Notes under the pieces: model-generated
The model's database searches: none
What the model was told of the DNA's origin: nothing
What the model saw: only the letters and a program-made list of their open reading frames with translations
Shown: positions 40,069 to 43,291 of the stretch, in pieces
Numbering within the stretch: the stretch's first letter is position 1
Layout: each line of letters begins with the position of its first letter
Virus record (IMG/VR): IMGVR_UViG_3300028571_000001
Length of the DNA stretch: 43,291 bases
Source of the DNA: a virus
Strand: one strand, 5' to 3'
Translations under genes and position numbers: made by a program

Positions 40069-41330
40069 CTCTTTCACCAAAGCAGTGTGAAGCGATGGAT
40101 GCTATTGCTTCAGAAAAATACACCTTTATTTTATTTGGTGGGGCAATGGGTGGTGGTAAGACTTTTTGGGGACTAACTGCACTGCTTATAATGTGTAAGT
40201 TATTTCCTAAATCAAGATGGTGCGTTGTGAGGGAAGATATGGAAAAGATTAGATCAACCACAATTCCATCATTTAGAAAGTTGAATCCGCCAGGGCGATT
40301 ATTTGAAAGCCCGTTTCATTATGTTCATACAAATGGCAGTGAAATACTTTTTAAGGGTGAAAATTACAACAACGATAAAGAACTGAATTGGTTGAAAGGT
40401 TTAGAGGTTTCTGGATTCTTGTTTGAGGAAATAAACGAATGCAATCTTGATACTTTACAAATTTCATTTGGTAGGATTGGTAGATGGGAATCGAATCCAC
40501 GGCCAAAGCCAATAATTATGGCAACATGCAACCCATCAAAGAATTGGGTTAAAAAGGAAGTTTACGATAAATATATTAATGGAACGCTTCCTAATAAATG
40601 GCTTTACATTCCTTCAAAGATTACTGACAATCCTTATGTAACTGAGGACTATTTGGAATCACTTAAAAATATGCCGCCGCATAAATACCAGCAGTTTGTT
40701 GAAGGTGATTGGAATGTTGATGTTCCCGTTGACAATCCATTTTTAGATGATTTCGACGAGCAAAAGCACGTTGCACCATTGCCTTTAAAGTATAATGTAC
40801 ACTTACCATTAATTATATCAATTGACTTTAACTTAAACCCATTTTGTGCAATATTAGCGCAAGAACACGTAAGAAATGCTTGGATATTAGAAGAAGTAAG
40901 TATTGAAAATGGAAACATTGGTAAGATGTGCGAAACAATTAGAAAGATATTGGAGCGCGAAGGAATTACTAAAGCAAAGTTAAGAATAACAGGTGATGCG
41001 ATGGGTAATAGGGGTGAAATTAGCCAGCGCGATAATGCATCTCTTTACATTCAGATTATGCGCGAACTGGGACTAAGTAAAACACAATTTGAGGTAAAAG
41101 CAAATCCGAAACATTCAAACTCTCGCGCAGATTGCAATCAAATACTTCGCAAGTTAAATGTACTAATAAGCCCAACATGCAAGGGGTTTATAACAGATTG
41201 TTTAAAGGTTGCTTGTGGTCCTGATGGAGAAATTATAAAGAGTAATAGAAAAATAATTGAGCAAAGAGCCGATTTCTTAGATTGCTTTCGTTACTTTTGC
41301 AATACATTTTTAAAAAAATATATTCAATGA
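40038..41330 (+). CDS. terL: Terminase large subunit
   Basis: ITLSPKQCEAM, then Walker A FGGAMGGGKT, Walker B-like GFLFEEINE, and a C-terminal nuclease-like region. Start assumed at TTG 40038; the next ATG (40095) would cut conserved N-terminal residues. Confidence 0.8.
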   Translation: MGRQANTNFITLSPKQCEAMDAIASEKYTFILFGGAMGGGKTFWGLTALLIMCKLFPKSRWCVVREDMEKIRSTTIPSFRKLNPPGRLFESPFHYVHTNGSEILFKGENYNNDKELNWLKGLEVSGFLFEEINECNLDTLQISFGRIGRWESNPRPKPIIMATCNPSKNWVKKEVYDKYINGTLPNKWLYIPSKITDNPYVTEDYLESLKNMPPHKYQQFVEGDWNVDVPVDNPFLDDFDEQKHVAPLPLKYNVHLPLIISIDFNLNPFCAILAQEHVRNAWILEEVSIENGNIGKMCETIRKILEREGITKAKLRITGDAMGNRGEISQRDNASLYIQIMRELGLSKTQFEVKANPKHSNSRADCNQILRKLNVLISPTCKGFITDCLKVACGPDGEIIKSNRKIIEQRADFLDCFRYFCNTFLKKYIQ

Positions 41331-41662
41331 GTTGTTGCCCAACAGAATGTTACAGAATTAAAGTTGCTGATTCCTGCATAAGCGAGGATAATGTTTTGAT
41401 TTTCGGAACGATTGAAGAAATTAACACGCAAGTAACATTTCAACAGTTAAACCAAGCAAGCGGAAGGATTGACCAATTCTTGTTAACTTCTGATGTGACG
41501 GGTGAATTAATGTATGCGCCAGAAACGCCGCAATACTTTTCGAAGCGCACACCTTTTAGATTTATATTTTACATTTACACTGATGGTTATCCTGAGCAAG
41601 TGCCAGTAACAATTGATGGAGTTCTGTACGATTGTGTTGAGGTAACATTTGGAGTGATATGA
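41327..41662 (+). CDS. Hypothetical virion-module protein (111 aa)
   Basis: ATG 41327 overlaps the TerL stop (ATGA). No motif. Confidence 0.45.
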   Translation: MSCCPTECYRIKVADSCISEDNVLIFGTIEEINTQVTFQQLNQASGRIDQFLLTSDVTGELMYAPETPQYFSKRTPFRFIFYIYTDGYPEQVPVTIDGVLYDCVEVTFGVI

Positions 41663-41856
41663 GCCTACTTAACATACCAAAAGGATTTTATCTAATGGCA
41701 ACAAACAACAAAGATACGATTGCTATACGTGATGAGCGTTTAAAAATTTGCGGTGAATGCCCAAAGGCTAAAGCAGGATTCTGCAAAGAATGCGGCTGTA
41801 TGTTGGCGGCAAAGACAAGAGTTAAATCAGAAAAATGCCCGTTGGGTAAATGGTGA
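41659..41856 (+). CDS. Small Cys-rich protein (65 aa)
   Basis: CGECPKAKAGFCKECGC...EKCPLGKW suggests zinc binding. 4-nt overlap with the upstream ORF. Confidence 0.4.
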   Translation: MSLLNIPKGFYLMATNNKDTIAIRDERLKICGECPKAKAGFCKECGCMLAAKTRVKSEKCPLGKW

Positions 41857-41884
41857 CATATACCAAGCAAACCAAACCAAAATT

Positions 41885-42481
41885 ATGTTAAAACTATTAA
41901 GAAATTTCCGCGCCAATAAAGCGCAAAAAGAATATAAAGGCAAATTGAAATATTTGTTTACTGCAAGTAACGGTGAAATGTTTTACACATTCCCTTCTGA
42001 CTTAGCACAGCCTTTAAATAGATTTGCAAAGGTTCAGTATTTACTTGAAAGATTAAATTCTGGACTAAGCGGTGAAGAGTTAGAAAAGATTACCACAATA
42101 ATGAAAGCGGCTATTCATGGAGGATTAAAAGACCCAAAAAACAGCGCACAGATTGCTGCGTGTGTAAGCCTTATTGAAATGCGAAAAGGTGATGTGATAC
42201 ATAAGGATATTTTACTCAACATTGCCGCAATGTTAATCATTGGAGAAAAAGAAGATTCAATGATAATTAGCGATGACTACCATCAACACAAACTTGACAT
42301 CTTCAGCAAAGAAATTGAAACGACATCGCCGCACTCTTTTTTTTTGCGAACTTCCTTACATCCGCTACTAGGGTTAACACGTATTTCAGAACAAGAATTG
42401 CAAATGTTGTGGGAGGAAAATCTGAACAAACAGAAGCAGTTGAAACAGATGCTAGACAATTGGATGTTAATGTTCGAATAA
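41885..42481 (+). CDS. Tail assembly chaperone (gpG-like), zero-frame product
   Basis: 198 aa from ATG 41885; the track start at 41753 overlaps the previous gene. Lies directly upstream of the tape measure and contains a slippery T9 run. Confidence 0.55.
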   Translation: MLKLLRNFRANKAQKEYKGKLKYLFTASNGEMFYTFPSDLAQPLNRFAKVQYLLERLNSGLSGEELEKITTIMKAAIHGGLKDPKNSAQIAACVSLIEMRKGDVIHKDILLNIAAMLIIGEKEDSMIISDDYHQHKLDIFSKEIETTSPHSFFLRTSLHPLLGLTRISEQELQMLWEENLNKQKQLKQMLDNWMLMFE

Positions 42482-42627
42482 GCCAGCAGGACAAACAGTT
42501 TAAAGAGCATCTATTTGACATTGGTATGTTTGCAGAAAAGACACTCGATGAAATGCTAAGCACTTCTGTTGAAGAATATTTAATTATATTTGCGAAATAC
42601 TTTAATTTCAAAAAAAATGGCAGATGA
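41885..42627 (+). CDS. Tail assembly chaperone frameshift product (gpGT-like), about 247 aa
   Basis: 153 zero-frame codons plus 94 codons in the -1 frame. Ends 11 nt inside the tape-measure gene. Matches the conserved G/GT arrangement of long-tailed phages. Confidence 0.45.
42337..42345 (+). promoter_or_regulatory. Slippery T9 run (T TTT TTT in zero-frame register), candidate -1 frameshift site
   Basis: Zero-frame codons are tct ttt ttt ttg. The -1 frame is open from 42319 to the stop at 42625-42627. Confidence 0.5.
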
Positions 42628-43291
42628 AGTACTTGTAGTCTTTGCGGCTGAAGTTGACGGTTACAACGCGCAGATTAAGTCAGCCATTGGAGCAAATGAT
42701 AAGTTGGAGCAATCGGCAAATGAAACGTCTGCACAAATAAGTAAAGACTTTGCTCAAAGCGGCAAAGCAATTCAACAAGCATTTGCAGGGAAAGAGGTTT
42801 CTAAGTCATTAGACCAAACAAAAAAGTCAGCAACCGAACTAAAGGCTCAGATTAAGGCACTTTACGATGAGGAAGTTCGATTACTTATGATTTCAAAGAA
42901 TGTTGCAACAGGTGGAGTTGGAGCGGTAAGAAAAGAGGCGGCTTTGTTAAGGTCGCAGTTGGGAGGGCTAAGTGGTGAATTAAACAAGACAGGAAGCGAA
43001 ATAGAAAAGGCGGCAAAAAAAGGTCAAACATTAACTGGCCAACTTCGTAATTTAGAGAATGAAATTTCACTACTTGAAGCAAGCGGTCAAGGTGGTTCAA
43101 AAGCATTCACAGACTTAACAATAAAAGCCGCGCGATTAGAAACCCAAATTGCAGATACAAGGGAAAGGGTGCGTGTTCTTGCCAGCGATACTTTCAAATT
43201 CGATGCAGCAGTTCAAGGAGTTCAAGCTGTTGCGGCTGCTTTTGCAGGGGTGCAAGGAGCAATTGCTTTGTTTGGTGCAGAAAGTGAAGAA
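42617..43291 (+). CDS. Tail tape measure protein, N-terminal part (continues at base 128 after the duplicated junction)
   Basis: ATG 42617 with no stop to the end of the window. The frame is continuous with 2-1957 through the 127-bp repeat. Confidence 0.8.
   Translation, partial: MADEVLVVFAAEVDGYNAQIKSAIGANDKLEQSANETSAQISKDFAQSGKAIQQAFAGKEVSKSLDQTKKSATELKAQIKALYDEEVRLLMISKNVATGGVGAVRKEAALLRSQLGGLSGELNKTGSEIEKAAKKGQTLTGQLRNLENEISLLEASGQGGSKAFTDLTIKAARLETQIADTRERVRVLASDTFKFDAAVQGVQAVAAAFAGVQGAIALFGAESEE
43165..43291. repeat. Terminal direct repeat, copy 2 (identical to 1-127)
   Basis: Exact 127-bp match to the start of the window. Confidence 0.95.

Noticed and set aside
1-43291. Lysogeny module (integrase, repressor, attP) or a diversity-generating retroelement feeding the fibre repeats.
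   Set aside because: No ORF shows tyrosine or serine recombinase motifs, or reverse transcriptase motifs. No second template-like copy of the fibre repeat exists elsewhere in the window. The ParB-like gene alone is not evidence for a plasmid-prophage lifestyle.
43165-43291. The 127-bp end repeat as a biological direct terminal repeat.
   Set aside because: It sits in the middle of the tape-measure coding frame, and its length equals a common assembler k-mer. Circular-assembly overlap is the simpler explanation. Only read data can settle the question.

Overview
The window is a complete tailed dsDNA phage genome. The first 127 bases are repeated exactly at the end, so the unique sequence is 43,164 bp, and the tape-measure gene runs across that junction. 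The host looks like a member of the Bacteroidota. Supporting evidence is the recurrent TAnnTTTG promoter motif, a gene with a T9SS type B (gliding-motility C-terminal) sorting domain, and typical signal peptides and lipoboxes.

Layout:
- Rightward early/replication block, about 30.6-39.5 kb: lipoprotein, annealing protein, PD-(D/E)XK nuclease, SSB-like protein, SF2 helicase, primase-helicase, iteron-rich origin-like region, VRR-NUC.
- Rightward packaging and virion block, 39.6 kb through the junction to 18.0 kb: TerS, TerL, frameshifted tail chaperone, tape measure, tail tip, glycosyltransferase plus methyltransferase, portal, MuF, scaffold, capsid, repeat-bearing fibre.
- Leftward accessory block, 18.0-30.6 kb: T9SS cargo, secreted proteins, two DNA methylases plus an SNF2-like helicase, CHAP lysin cassette, ParB-like protein.

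No integrase, repressor, DNA polymerase, CRISPR array or canonical tRNA was recognised.

Most unusual observations:
- A cytosine-methylase gene whose canonical motifs are split between two long overlapping same-strand frames.
- Phage-borne T9SS cargo with its own promoter.
- A GC-rich 16-unit repeat array in the fibre.
- Two families of conserved non-coding elements in the leftward block.
- A tRNA-like structured element.
- DLPF tails shared by the SSB-like protein and the primase.

All calls come from reading the sequence. No searches were run.
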